Virus record (IMG/VR): IMGVR_UViG_3300021959_000051 | Coordinates: 1 to 55,732 of that record | Source of the DNA: a virus | Lineage: Duplodnaviria > Caudoviricetes | Length of the DNA stretch: 55,732 nucleotides | Direction: 5' to 3' (one strand) | Shown here: positions 38,810-48,127 of the stretch, piece after piece | Layout: each line of letters begins with the position of its first letter | How positions within the stretch are numbered: position 1 is the first letter of the stretch | Position numbers and translations under genes: made by a program | Notes under the pieces: model-generated | Database searches by the model: none | Told to the model about the DNA's origin: nothing | Seen by the model: the letters and a program-made list of their open reading frames with translations, nothing else

Positions 38810-38817
38810 TATTTATA
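38810..38817 (-). promoter_or_regulatory. Late promoter TATAAATA for the 117/75/480/2018-aa fibre genes
   Basis: Exact motif, intergenic, followed by a CTAAATA variant at 38801-38807. Confidence 0.85.
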
Positions 38818-38864
38818 AGAAAAAAACACTCTACAATTGAGCAGCAATAACTTTCCTTTGTATA

Positions 38865-39824
38865 TCATATTCTATATTGATCCATTGTAAATGTTGATCC
38901 AGTCAAGCGGTTATAATCAGCGTTAAAGTTAGACCAGACTAATGCTTCTGGTGCATCATATAACATATCACAGTTCTTACAATAATCTATAGAATCAAAG
39001 TCGTGCATCTCATGCGCTTTCCTTAGTTTATTGTATTCATCTCCATACCAGATTTCCTCTACAGTTTGATGTGACAGATGACCTAAAACCGCTTTACTGT
39101 CTTGTCCAAGAACCATACAACATGGAACGACAGCCCCTTCTCTTCTTCCAGTCCCTCCAGCCCTTACAATTAGATCTGGAGAGAATGGTCTACCACAACT
39201 ACGTTTCTTCTTACCTATTCTCCAATCAACGTCAAGCTGTCCTGACCAGTTATGCATTTTCCAAATTGAAGCTTTTATTCCAGGAACATGATCAATCCAA
39301 TTTCTTCTATAAGATGCTACTTCATAATTAACTCTATTGTTATCTAATATAAGATGATATGATCCTATACTTCCTCCATATTCAATTGCTGCATTAGCAT
39401 TATCCATAACATTAAAGAAAGCATCTTTGCTCATTTGTTCTTTATACAGTTTAGGGGTATATCCAGTTACCGATATACGTGCAAAGTGCATACCAGCATC
39501 AATTGTTCTTTTCATAATGTCATCCTTAAACCAAAATCCATTGGTAATAAATGACATTTTAAACCCTTTATCTGTACCTGCTTTAACAAAGTCGGGCAAC
39601 TTCTTATTCATTGTAGGTTCACCAGATCCTTCTAAGTATATTTCTTGAACTTCTGAATCTTGAAGTTGATCTAATATATTTAAGAACATCTGATAATTCA
39701 TCATTCTTTTAAATGATTTTTCTCTGCCATCATCAAAAGAATGTGGGCAAAACTGACAGCTATAGTTACACGATCCACATATCTCTATAACTGCTTTGCT
39801 TATTGGTAATTTTACCGTTGCCAT
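38865..39824 (-). CDS. Radical SAM protein with SPASM/twitch domain
   Basis: CNYSCQFC (CxxxCxxC), GSGEP, ITNG; C-terminal CGRPF...VVPCC...CKNC. Confidence 0.92.
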   Translation of the reverse strand: MATVKLPISKAVIEICGSCNYSCQFCPHSFDDGREKSFKRMMNYQMFLNILDQLQDSEVQEIYLEGSGEPTMNKKLPDFVKAGTDKGFKMSFITNGFWFKDDIMKRTIDAGMHFARISVTGYTPKLYKEQMSKDAFFNVMDNANAAIEYGGSIGSYHLILDNNRVNYEVASYRRNWIDHVPGIKASIWKMHNWSGQLDVDWRIGKKKRSCGRPFSPDLIVRAGGTGRREGAVVPCCMVLGQDSKAVLGHLSHQTVEEIWYGDEYNKLRKAHEMHDFDSIDYCKNCDMLYDAPEALVWSNFNADYNRLTGSTFTMDQYRI

Positions 39825-40330
39825 ATCTGTACTCCTGGTTTATCATAAAGACGTGCAATATGATACCAAGATGTATCAGACCCCACATACAACTTACATC
39901 TCTGTATTTGTCTAACTTTACTTATAACTTGTGCCGCGCTTTCAAAGTTTCTGGAATCCCCAAGATCAATTACATTCTCCATTTCAACTTCAACATCAAG
40001 AATTTTTATCTGATGATGGGGTTTATCTGATGAGAATCTTGATCCTAGTATCCAAGAAGATACAACATGTTTTTCTTGATTATCACACGGAGCAAGATAA
40101 TCTTTCATTAGATGTCTTATCTGATGATTGGTAAGTCCAGGATCAAAGTCTTCTTCTCCGTTGTCTCCAACGTAAAGAGGGTTTACATTATTAAACATAA
40201 AATTGTACACAGGCATATATTCATACACTTCATTAATCAGACCTTGTGGTAAGTAAGAAAGATCACCTTCAAAGAAAGCATCTGCATAGATAGTTCTTTT
40301 TAAATTTAACCAAACTGCTCCTTTAAACAT
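39812..40330 (-). CDS. Short GT9-like glycosyltransferase domain protein (ATG at 40330 preferred)
   Basis: C-terminal CKLYVGSDTSWYHIARLY matches the GT9 nucleotide-sugar-binding motif; start overlaps the upstream stop. Confidence 0.55.
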   Translation of the reverse strand: MFKGAVWLNLKRTIYADAFFEGDLSYLPQGLINEVYEYMPVYNFMFNNVNPLYVGDNGEEDFDPGLTNHQIRHLMKDYLAPCDNQEKHVVSSWILGSRFSSDKPHHQIKILDVEVEMENVIDLGDSRNFESAAQVISKVRQIQRCKLYVGSDTSWYHIARLYDKPGVQIWQR

Positions 40331-40835
40331 TTTTCCATTCCTTTTCAAAAACACTAGCTGCCTCTTGTAATGACATGTCATACAACTCTAACCACTTCAA
40401 TCCAAGCAATTCGTTCTTATACCAGTTGTATGCATCTTCTCTGGATCCTAACGTGACATAGTCATCCCAATCAATTAAGTATGGTTTGTTATCACTTGTT
40501 TGATAAATTATATTGTAGTGTTGAAGATCCCGCTTTGACCAATCATATCCTAACGAATCAATTAATGTCAAATAGTTAGATATGTTTTCATTATAACCTT
40601 TAAGGTTTACAGGTTTATGATCAATGTATCGTTGAGTGACGACATAACAATTATCTCTTGATTCTTCTGAAACAAAAAGTTCTGGTTGCGCTATCTTCAT
40701 AAGTCGTGTGGCAAACTTTACATCTTCAATGAAATCTTTAGTAAAGTAATGTTTTTCAACATAAAGATTATTTCTATTAATAATCAGATGAGATCTACCC
40801 AGTAAGTTCTCACCCTCCTCTAGTATTAATTTCAT
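40323..40835 (-). CDS. Protein-kinase-like fold enzyme (small-molecule/sugar kinase-like)
   Basis: VEK, RDLQHYNII (D-x4-N catalytic loop), YLIDWD (DFG-equivalent). Confidence 0.65.
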   Translation of the reverse strand: MKLILEEGENLLGRSHLIINRNNLYVEKHYFTKDFIEDVKFATRLMKIAQPELFVSEESRDNCYVVTQRYIDHKPVNLKGYNENISNYLTLIDSLGYDWSKRDLQHYNIIYQTSDNKPYLIDWDDYVTLGSREDAYNWYKNELLGLKWLELYDMSLQEAASVFEKEWKNV

Positions 40836-40919
40836 TCTTCATTCTCATAAATAAATGTGTGCTCCCGTTGCTCTTTCTTTTTAAAGAGAGACTTAACGCG
40901 ATATAAAAAAAACTTTATT

Positions 40920-41699
40920 CTATACTTTATATTCTTTGTAATTCTCATTAAACATCTCCGCTAATTTTATGTGTCCTTGTTTGTTTGGATGAGCATCCCC
41001 ATTGCCTACTCTCTCTTCAGCTGTAAGATTTTTATCAAAGAAATATCCCCCTAGGCTAGGTACAAACGGCCATCCAATAAGATCTATGTCATTCAAACTG
41101 TCCATAATATCAAAGTAGTCACTATTTAACAATTCGTTTGTTATTGCGTTTCTTGTTGACTTATTGAACCCAGACAACGGTTGAAGCATTTGAAACACAT
41201 GCAACTTGATTCCACGTTGTTTGCAAAGCTGTTGTAGAATGTAGATATCTCTTAATGTATCGTCAATCATTGTTTTTATTGATAGAGGAGTGTTGAAGAT
41301 AGCTTTTATTTGAGATTCTTCGTTACCAGTTAGTCTTTCGAGTGCTTGAATATCCTGCTGGCTTATCTTTGTTTCTCTTTTACCGTAAAGAGTGTCTTTA
41401 ATTTTATCAGGTGCACCATTAAATATTTGAGGATTGAACGCTCTACCTCTAATAGAAAACCTTACCCATTGACTCAATGCTATAATTATTCTACTAACAT
41501 TGGAGTTTTTTAATAATGCATCAATAGCATTTCTGATTATCAAATCGTTGCCTATCCCTGATTCCGAAACATTAATAACTTTGTCGTCAAACGATAACTG
41601 ATCAGCCCATATTTTCCATGGAGCTTGGATTGGTATTCCTGGTTCAATTAAAACTCTTAGATTGTTTTTACTAAAACTGTCACCTGATATAATTATCAT
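40920..41699 (-). CDS. SGNH/GDSL-fold protein
   Basis: GDSFS, SGIGN, DAHPNKQGH motifs. Confidence 0.8.
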   Translation of the reverse strand: MIIISGDSFSKNNLRVLIEPGIPIQAPWKIWADQLSFDDKVINVSESGIGNDLIIRNAIDALLKNSNVSRIIIALSQWVRFSIRGRAFNPQIFNGAPDKIKDTLYGKRETKISQQDIQALERLTGNEESQIKAIFNTPLSIKTMIDDTLRDIYILQQLCKQRGIKLHVFQMLQPLSGFNKSTRNAITNELLNSDYFDIMDSLNDIDLIGWPFVPSLGGYFFDKNLTAEERVGNGDAHPNKQGHIKLAEMFNENYKEYKV

Positions 41700-42471
41700 A
41701 ATACGCCTCGTATATTTTGTTAGCTATCATTTCGTGACCTTTATCGTTGGGGTGACTGTCTTCTGGTCCAAATGATTTATCAGTTTCCCTAATAAGATCA
41801 TCTATTGTATTGCCTCCTATTGATTTAAGTGTAGGCCAATCCACAAAGGTTTCATTGTCAATGTGATTAAAAAGATTTTCATCTAGTAAAGTTTGAACAA
41901 TCTCCTTAATAGGAGATTTATTTTTATGTTTTGAAACAATATATTCTATAGGACTAATTGCTTGAATAAAGATATGATTAATATTATTAGAGTTGCAGTA
42001 GTTTTGTATAACAAATATATTTGTCAACCAATCGTTTATTGATTTACTCATATATCTGCTCCACATGTGTTGCTTAACAATATACTCTCCTAAAGCAATT
42101 GCTGGCTCAATCATTATTTTATATCTGTTGACTTTATGAACAGAATTGTTGTAGTGCCCAATAGGATCAATGCTGATATCCTTAGTGAATCCAGTTTTGT
42201 TTATTGTAGATTCCCAGTGAGACACTCTACCAGCATTAGTCCAAGCTATGCAAACACAATCAGGATCACCATTAACAGCAATGTAATTAAAAAAATCTCT
42301 TAGTATAAAGTTGTTACTAGCACCGACATAAGCACCATTGTACAGCAGCCAATCGTCTCCTAGTTTCTTCTTTACAATTTCTGGCCAACACGTTGTTAAT
42401 CCTGTTTGATATTTTTTAGACCAATAATCCTTATCTGTAAAACTATCACCACAACAATACAATTTCTTCAA
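41680..42471 (-). CDS. SGNH/GDSL-fold protein (paralog of neighbour)
   Basis: GDSFT, GASN, DSHPNDKGH motifs. Confidence 0.8.
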   Translation of the reverse strand: MKKLYCCGDSFTDKDYWSKKYQTGLTTCWPEIVKKKLGDDWLLYNGAYVGASNNFILRDFFNYIAVNGDPDCVCIAWTNAGRVSHWESTINKTGFTKDISIDPIGHYNNSVHKVNRYKIMIEPAIALGEYIVKQHMWSRYMSKSINDWLTNIFVIQNYCNSNNINHIFIQAISPIEYIVSKHKNKSPIKEIVQTLLDENLFNHIDNETFVDWPTLKSIGGNTIDDLIRETDKSFGPEDSHPNDKGHEMIANKIYEAYYDNYIR

Positions 42472-43784
42472 AACACTTTTACTCCATATAGCTTTTCAAA
42501 ACCTTTTGCATGCTTTATATTATCAACCATAGGTTTACCCTTTACATTCAAAGAAGTATTCAGTAGCATTGGACATTGAGTTTGTTCATACCATTCTTCG
42601 AGTATAGGTCTTAACACAGACTTACAATCCTTCTTTACAACTTGAACTCTAGCTGTGCCATCAACATGAGTTACTGAACGATGGTCATGTTTTGCCACCG
42701 CCACATACTGCATATATTCGTTCATAGGACCAGTAAAGTATTCATCTGCATATTCTTCCAATATGGCTGGAGCAAATGGTCTGAATCTTTGACGTTGCTT
42801 TATGTCATTGACTGTATCTTTAATATCCAAACGAGGATCGGCTAGAAGACTTCTATTGCCTAATGCTCGTGGTCCAAATTCAGCCTTACCATTCGCCACC
42901 CCACAAACAGAGTTATCTAATAAGTACTTAACTACTTCTTTTGGGTTTACTTCTCTGTCTATGTTGGTACCAAGATAAGGACTAACCCAGTTAAGTTGTT
43001 TGTCAAGATAAGCAGCTGCAGCTCCTAATGATGATCCAGCATCACCTGGATTTGGAAATATCCACACATCATTAAATAGTGGTCTTATCTTAGTATTTGC
43101 AACACAATTAAGAGCTACCCCTCCACCATAGCATAAATAAGCAGAGTATGATCTCGCCTTTGTCATAATATTAATTATTTCTTTTTCGAGATATTTTTGA
43201 GCACTAGCAGCCAAAGTATTTTTATCTACCGCAGGCATATGCAGCCCCCTACAACCCCTATGTAGATTGTACTCAGAAAGATACGAAAGGTCAACAGGTA
43301 AAGACCCATATGCAGCCATCCCCATTAAGATATATTCATCTTCCATAGGCTTCAAACCAACATAATCTGTGATTGCCGAATAAAATAATCCTAAAGATTT
43401 AGGATATCGCATTGACCATTTCTTCTTTTTATTATACCATATAGAAGCCGTATCCCATTCACCTATAGCATCAATTACGACACAAACAGGTTCTTCTTTG
43501 AATGGTCTGGTATAGTAGGCAGCAGCGGCGTGCGACCAGTGGTGATCAACATAGGCGTTATGCTTATCTCTAGTGACCCAACTCTGGCCATATAATAGTC
43601 TTCTTATGTTCTTTTTAAATGGTTTTTCATAGAAGACTGTAAAGCCATTGATATCGACATGAAGTTTACGATCATTCTTTTTTCTTGAGTGTCGCTCACT
43701 GTGATGAGCTTCAATAATATCCTGCCCCTCTAAATAACAATAAGCAGCATCGTGAAACCCATAAGACAATCCAATTGTAGTCAT
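42468..43784 (-). CDS. Carbamoyltransferase (NodU/CmcH/TobZ family)
   Basis: HDAA, HHWSHAA, IDAIGE, MGMAAYG, GGVALNC, EFGPRALGNRSLLADP, RFRPFAP, HVDGTARVQ, LLNTSLN motifs. Confidence 0.95.
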   Translation of the reverse strand: MTTIGLSYGFHDAAYCYLEGQDIIEAHHSERHSRKKNDRKLHVDINGFTVFYEKPFKKNIRRLLYGQSWVTRDKHNAYVDHHWSHAAAAYYTRPFKEEPVCVVIDAIGEWDTASIWYNKKKKWSMRYPKSLGLFYSAITDYVGLKPMEDEYILMGMAAYGSLPVDLSYLSEYNLHRGCRGLHMPAVDKNTLAASAQKYLEKEIINIMTKARSYSAYLCYGGGVALNCVANTKIRPLFNDVWIFPNPGDAGSSLGAAAAYLDKQLNWVSPYLGTNIDREVNPKEVVKYLLDNSVCGVANGKAEFGPRALGNRSLLADPRLDIKDTVNDIKQRQRFRPFAPAILEEYADEYFTGPMNEYMQYVAVAKHDHRSVTHVDGTARVQVVKKDCKSVLRPILEEWYEQTQCPMLLNTSLNVKGKPMVDNIKHAKGFEKLYGVKVF

Positions 43785-43794
43785 AGTATATCCA

Positions 43795-44700
43795 ATGAAA
43801 AGATTAATTTACAGTATTTATATCGACATTCCCAAAGAGCTATTAGACCCTCAGCCTCCTCATCACGGAGAGACAGAGGATAAAAATATCAAAGCAAAAC
43901 GTCAGTTTGCTGAACACTACCCTTGGCTGTTACAAAAGCAGATAGATTATGCAGCTACCATTGGAGCTGAGTATAAGCACTTTACATACGATGACAAATA
44001 TCAAAAGTTAAGAGAATGGTATAATGAGACTTATCCATTCATAACAGAATACAACATTGTAAACTTCTATAAGATTCATCTAATGTATGAACTAGCAGAA
44101 CAATATGATGAGATACTTTACCTTGATCTAGATGTGTTACCAGTGACAGAAGAGAACTTCTTTGAAGCTCATGATTTATCTAAAGGAATAGCAATCAAGA
44201 AAAATTCTCATGGAATGCATATGAACAAAGATTTTATAAAGCATAGAGAAGATCTTTATGAAAGGAAAGGCATGGCTGGGGGAAGTATAAGAAGCCCAAT
44301 GGCTAAGTGGTGGAATTCAAAAGCTCTGTGTTTGGAATATGGTAAGCCTATAGAAGATATTCCAGTTTACAATACTGGTATTGTGGGTTTCAACAAATAC
44401 TGGCTAGACAAACTAGAATTCTTTGAAGATTTTGAAGAAACGCTTTATGAGATGAAAGAGCTATGTGAAGATGAACACACTATGTATCCAAAGTTTGCAC
44501 AGGCTCTATTTGGATACGACAATGAGACTATCTGGGGATTCAAGGCTCATATGAATGATGTTCCATCTGTATGGTTGGATGGTAGATGGCATACGTTTCT
44601 TGACAAGATGACAATCATTCCCAGTAAGTCTAAATTGGTTCATATTATCAACAAGAGCTTTGACGAAGTGAGAGATTGGTATGAAAAGAATAATATTTAG
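43795..44700 (+). CDS. Glycosyltransferase, GT-A fold (GT8/GT34-like)
   Basis: YDEILYLDLDV (DxD), YNTGIV, DNETIW, LVHIINK motifs. Confidence 0.75.
   Translation: MKRLIYSIYIDIPKELLDPQPPHHGETEDKNIKAKRQFAEHYPWLLQKQIDYAATIGAEYKHFTYDDKYQKLREWYNETYPFITEYNIVNFYKIHLMYELAEQYDEILYLDLDVLPVTEENFFEAHDLSKGIAIKKNSHGMHMNKDFIKHREDLYERKGMAGGSIRSPMAKWWNSKALCLEYGKPIEDIPVYNTGIVGFNKYWLDKLEFFEDFEETLYEMKELCEDEHTMYPKFAQALFGYDNETIWGFKAHMNDVPSVWLDGRWHTFLDKMTIIPSKSKLVHIINKSFDEVRDWYEKNNI
43815..43822 (-). promoter_or_regulatory. Late promoter TATAAATA for the carbamoyltransferase operon, embedded in the opposite-strand gene
   Basis: Exact motif 31 nt upstream of ATG 43784. Confidence 0.7.
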
Positions 44701-45475
44701 CATATATGGTGACAATGTTAACAATGTTGGTGAAAGTGTAACAGATTATAAATCAAATAACTTTCGCGCATATAAAGATCAGTTAGTTAAGTGTAAACAA
44801 GTGTATGCAAATAAGTGCAAAGCTGACTTTGTTTTGATAGACACTTCTCTAAACAACTTTGTGGATATACAATTTGAAAAGATAAGACTGTTAGAAGAGT
44901 TTGCGCGTTCGTATGATGAGGTTCTGTACTTAGACTTTGATGTTATTCCTAATTATTCAGCAAGAAGCATCTTTGATAGTGTTGATACTTCGAAGTTAAG
45001 TATGCACCCTCTCAATAGACCTCTCAATGGGATTTATTTAAGAGGCGCGTTACTATCAGATTGGCTAGACTCTCAAAGCATGTACGTTAAGACATGCTCT
45101 AAAAGATCTATGCTACTACTAGAAGGAATAAACGGTAATAATTTAACATATAACACTGGAGTAGTGTTAGGCAATTCCGAGATTATAAAACAAGTTAATT
45201 TTACAGAACAGCTAGATGATATGCATGAGTTGTTAGAAGAAGCATGTGAAGACAATCTTTACCCACCAGAGATATCAAGGCATTTTGTTCCCAACAATGA
45301 AGTTTACATTAGCTATTTGATTGAGAAGAACAACATTCCTCATCACGATCTATCAATGAACTGGAATTTTATTCTTGATGATGTTAAAGAGTATGCAACA
45401 GCGTCTGCTGAATTAATTCATGCAGTAAATAAAAACTTTGATATGTTTAAAATGCTTCTGGATTACAATGCTTAG
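44681..45475 (+). CDS. Glycosyltransferase, GT-A fold (paralog of upstream gene)
   Basis: YDEVLYLDFDV, YNTGVV, NNEVYIS, LIHAVNK motifs. Confidence 0.75.
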   Translation: MKRIIFSIYGDNVNNVGESVTDYKSNNFRAYKDQLVKCKQVYANKCKADFVLIDTSLNNFVDIQFEKIRLLEEFARSYDEVLYLDFDVIPNYSARSIFDSVDTSKLSMHPLNRPLNGIYLRGALLSDWLDSQSMYVKTCSKRSMLLLEGINGNNLTYNTGVVLGNSEIIKQVNFTEQLDDMHELLEEACEDNLYPPEISRHFVPNNEVYISYLIEKNNIPHHDLSMNWNFILDDVKEYATASAELIHAVNKNFDMFKMLLDYNA

Positions 45476-46043
45476 AGTCATTTGTGTGTGCACCGGAAAT
45501 AAATTTAAACAGTGGTATGTCGACAACTTGAAATACCAAGTAGACAAGTACTCTAAGTTACAGTATGATGAATTTGTAGTTATAACAGATGATAACTATG
45601 ATGGTGTCTTCAACAAACTACAAATGTTTGATAGGTATAGAGACGGACAGAACATCTATTTTGACTTGGATGTTCTGATAAAAGGAGATTGTAACAGCTT
45701 TCTTAAAAAAGATTTCACACTATGTTTTGCTCATTGGAGAGATGAATATCATACAAGAATTAATAGCTCTATCATATCTTGGTATGGAGACGTATCACAC
45801 ATCTATGAGATGTTTCAACAAGATCCTGATTATTACATGACAAAATACTATCGTGGTATTGATCAAATGTTATATGAAAATATTGAATATAAAGTCTATC
45901 CCAATACTGATACATACTGCTCTTATCAAACAGTTACAGAAGAATTACCTTTTAACGTATATCTTTTTAATCAGAGACATCAGAAGATGCTTGAGCCTGG
46001 CTGGCATCAAAAATTTCAATTGCCGCTCTCAGAGCATCGATAG
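45468..46043 (+). CDS. Glycosyltransferase-like protein, GT-A fold (ATG at 45468 preferred)
   Basis: ICVCTGNKF...YVDNL, NKLQMF, IYFDLDV, INSSIISW, GIDQ motifs. Confidence 0.72.
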   Translation: MLRVICVCTGNKFKQWYVDNLKYQVDKYSKLQYDEFVVITDDNYDGVFNKLQMFDRYRDGQNIYFDLDVLIKGDCNSFLKKDFTLCFAHWRDEYHTRINSSIISWYGDVSHIYEMFQQDPDYYMTKYYRGIDQMLYENIEYKVYPNTDTYCSYQTVTEELPFNVYLFNQRHQKMLEPGWHQKFQLPLSEHR

Positions 46044-46491
46044 GAGTATTGGACCTACGGATTTTCTTCTTTAGATCTTTGTCCTTACATTGCTTAACAA
46101 ACTCTTTTTCAAACAATTGAAGTTTAAAGAAGAACAGTTTTTCCTTATGAAGTTTTTCATTATAAGGGTCAAAGATTAAATCAATAAGGATCTTATGAAA
46201 GTCGCTAGTGCCCCCATCATCTAAGTTAACTAACCATCCTTTTTCTTTAGCAATTTCAATAACCTGATCCTTAAATGCTTGTTCAGATTCCTTTGTATAT
46301 GTCCAAGTGTTTTCATGAATCTCATCTACAGTAACATGCTCGAGTAGTTCCTTCCACTGAGGATCTTCATCTTTTGTTTCCATAATGATTTCTACTAGTG
46401 CACCTGGATTATCAGGATCTTCCCAATAACTCATTACTGAATCTCTTTGTTCATTTCTAAAGTATGCATTGATGTATCTAAAATTATTCAT
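45967..46491 (-). CDS. Hypothetical protein
   Basis: 174-aa ORF coupled to the SPASM gene; overlaps the convergent gene by 77 nt. Confidence 0.7.
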   Translation of the reverse strand: MNNFRYINAYFRNEQRDSVMSYWEDPDNPGALVEIIMETKDEDPQWKELLEHVTVDEIHENTWTYTKESEQAFKDQVIEIAKEKGWLVNLDDGGTSDFHKILIDLIFDPYNEKLHKEKLFFFKLQLFEKEFVKQCKDKDLKKKIRRSNTPIDALRAAIEIFDASQAQASSDVSD

Positions 46492-46795
46492 TTGATTCTT
46501 CCTCTACTGTGCACCACCGTTTACATTGCCTAAGCGCTTTATCATTAGACCAAGATTCAATTAACTCATCCCACCACGGATGTTCATTAATTGAATCAAA
46601 GTCATTCTTAAAAATATTTAGGTCATCTTTATAATGATCGTACTGATGCATTATGTGTTGGTTTTCTCTGTACCCTGATTTTTCTCCTGAAGCTCGACTT
46701 TGATAATCATTGTTTACTAAGTAGCAACAAGGATACACTTGACCATCAATATTGATTACCATTTGATTAAGCTCACGCCACTTACATTTAATCAT
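46484..46795 (-). CDS. Stand-alone SPASM/twitch Fe-S domain protein
   Basis: IKC...INIDGQVYPCCY...CKRWC. Confidence 0.78.
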   Translation of the reverse strand: MIKCKWRELNQMVINIDGQVYPCCYLVNNDYQSRASGEKSGYRENQHIMHQYDHYKDDLNIFKNDFDSINEHPWWDELIESWSNDKALRQCKRWCTVEEESNE

Positions 46796-47528
46796 TTAAG
46801 TACACAACTCCAGATGGCATTTTTTTTCTATATATTTCTTCAACAGAGTGTTTGGTTACCATATCAGTAACAGTAGCAGCTTCTAATATGTCCTGCTGTC
46901 CACGCTCGTTTATAAAACTGAAGCTGTCGTTTGTAAATGTGGGAGCTGAATAAAATCTATCAGTAACAAGCCACTTGTGAGCATATGCTCCATATGATTT
47001 AACTAAGTCAGATATTTCTGCAATATGCTTTTCGTTATGTTTGAAGACAATAGTCAGAGCCCATGCTTCAGCAGGCGTGCTTGAGAGTTCTTTCATATGA
47101 TTTAAGACTTTACTAAGCTCTGTTTTCCGTCTATATTTAGCATGCATTTCTTGTGTACTTCCATCAACCGCAAACACAACTGTAAGTTGATCTTTTCCAG
47201 CACAACCCAGTTCCCACCAAAACTCTTCATCTCTCATAGCCCCGTTAGTGTCAATAACAATCTTAGACTTACTGTTAACAGTTATATATTGAACTATGGG
47301 AAGAATGTCTTTATTCATAGCAGGGTCGCCCCAAGTCCCACAAAAATTATATTGTCTATGCCGAGAGGGGTGAGGGAATACCTTTTTAAAAGTTTCTAAA
47401 TTCCATTGTAGAAGTGGTAGCCAGTCTGCTTTGCCAAGTCCGTTGGGGTTGGTTCGATGACACTGAGGGCAAGCTGCATTACAATACGTCGAAACGTCTA
47501 GCCACACATTAGGATCTCTTAACCACAT
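46788..47528 (-). CDS. Radical SAM protein (core domain only)
   Basis: CNAACPQC, FCGTWGDP, DTNG, FAVDG, VFKHNE motifs. Confidence 0.9.
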   Translation of the reverse strand: MWLRDPNVWLDVSTYCNAACPQCHRTNPNGLGKADWLPLLQWNLETFKKVFPHPSRHRQYNFCGTWGDPAMNKDILPIVQYITVNSKSKIVIDTNGAMRDEEFWWELGCAGKDQLTVVFAVDGSTQEMHAKYRRKTELSKVLNHMKELSSTPAEAWALTIVFKHNEKHIAEISDLVKSYGAYAHKWLVTDRFYSAPTFTNDSFSFINERGQQDILEAATVTDMVTKHSVEEIYRKKMPSGVVYLND

Positions 47529-48127
47529 TAAATAACTCCAATCACCATATATCTATCATGATTTTCGAATGGCATTGTACCACTATAGTAGATGTTAGAT
47601 AAAGGTGTCTTCATCATAAACTCTTCAAGACTATCTACACAATTTACATGATCCTCAACAGAGTAGTAATTATTAGATTGAACAGCTACTATTGTTTCTT
47701 GTTTTAACGATCTGTAGATATGCTCAACATATTTCTGTTCAATATGTTCTATACTGGTGTTAATATAAACTTTACAATCAGGAACATTCAAAGTTGTATC
47801 TCTAGTTTCAAAGTTTATATTATAATCATCGAACAAGTATTCACCCATGATTTTACATCCTGGATCGATATCAGAATTGACTATTATATTGTCTGGAAAT
47901 TCTTTTCTAAGAAGATATGATGTTAGTCCTAACCAACCAGCAGCAACATGTATGTCTTCCATGCCAATGTAATCTGAAAGACAGTCTACCAACCACTGCT
48001 TACCAGACCAGTGCTTGGGTCCTAGTCCGTTACCTACTTCTTTTATTCTATTGAGATTTAGTTCGTCGGGATTGTCATAAATATATTCAACGAGCTTGAA
48101 ACCTCGTTTCAAGATTTGATTATCCAT
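47528..48127 (-). CDS. Class I SAM-dependent methyltransferase-like protein
   Basis: GKQWL, AAGWLG, SDIDP, INTSIEH, QSNNY...HVNCV, RYMVIG motifs. Confidence 0.7.
   Translation of the reverse strand: MDNQILKRGFKLVEYIYDNPDELNLNRIKEVGNGLGPKHWSGKQWLVDCLSDYIGMEDIHVAAGWLGLTSYLLRKEFPDNIIVNSDIDPGCKIMGEYLFDDYNINFETRDTTLNVPDCKVYINTSIEHIEQKYVEHIYRSLKQETIVAVQSNNYYSVEDHVNCVDSLEEFMMKTPLSNIYYSGTMPFENHDRYMVIGVI

Noticed and set aside
43568-43596. Plus-strand TATAAT at 43591 as a sigma70 promoter for the GT cassette
   Set aside because: No acceptable -35 element at 16-18 nt spacing.
43795-46043. Phase-variable invertible segment
   Set aside because: No inverted repeats or recombinase seen, and both ends are interlocked with neighbouring genes or promoters.
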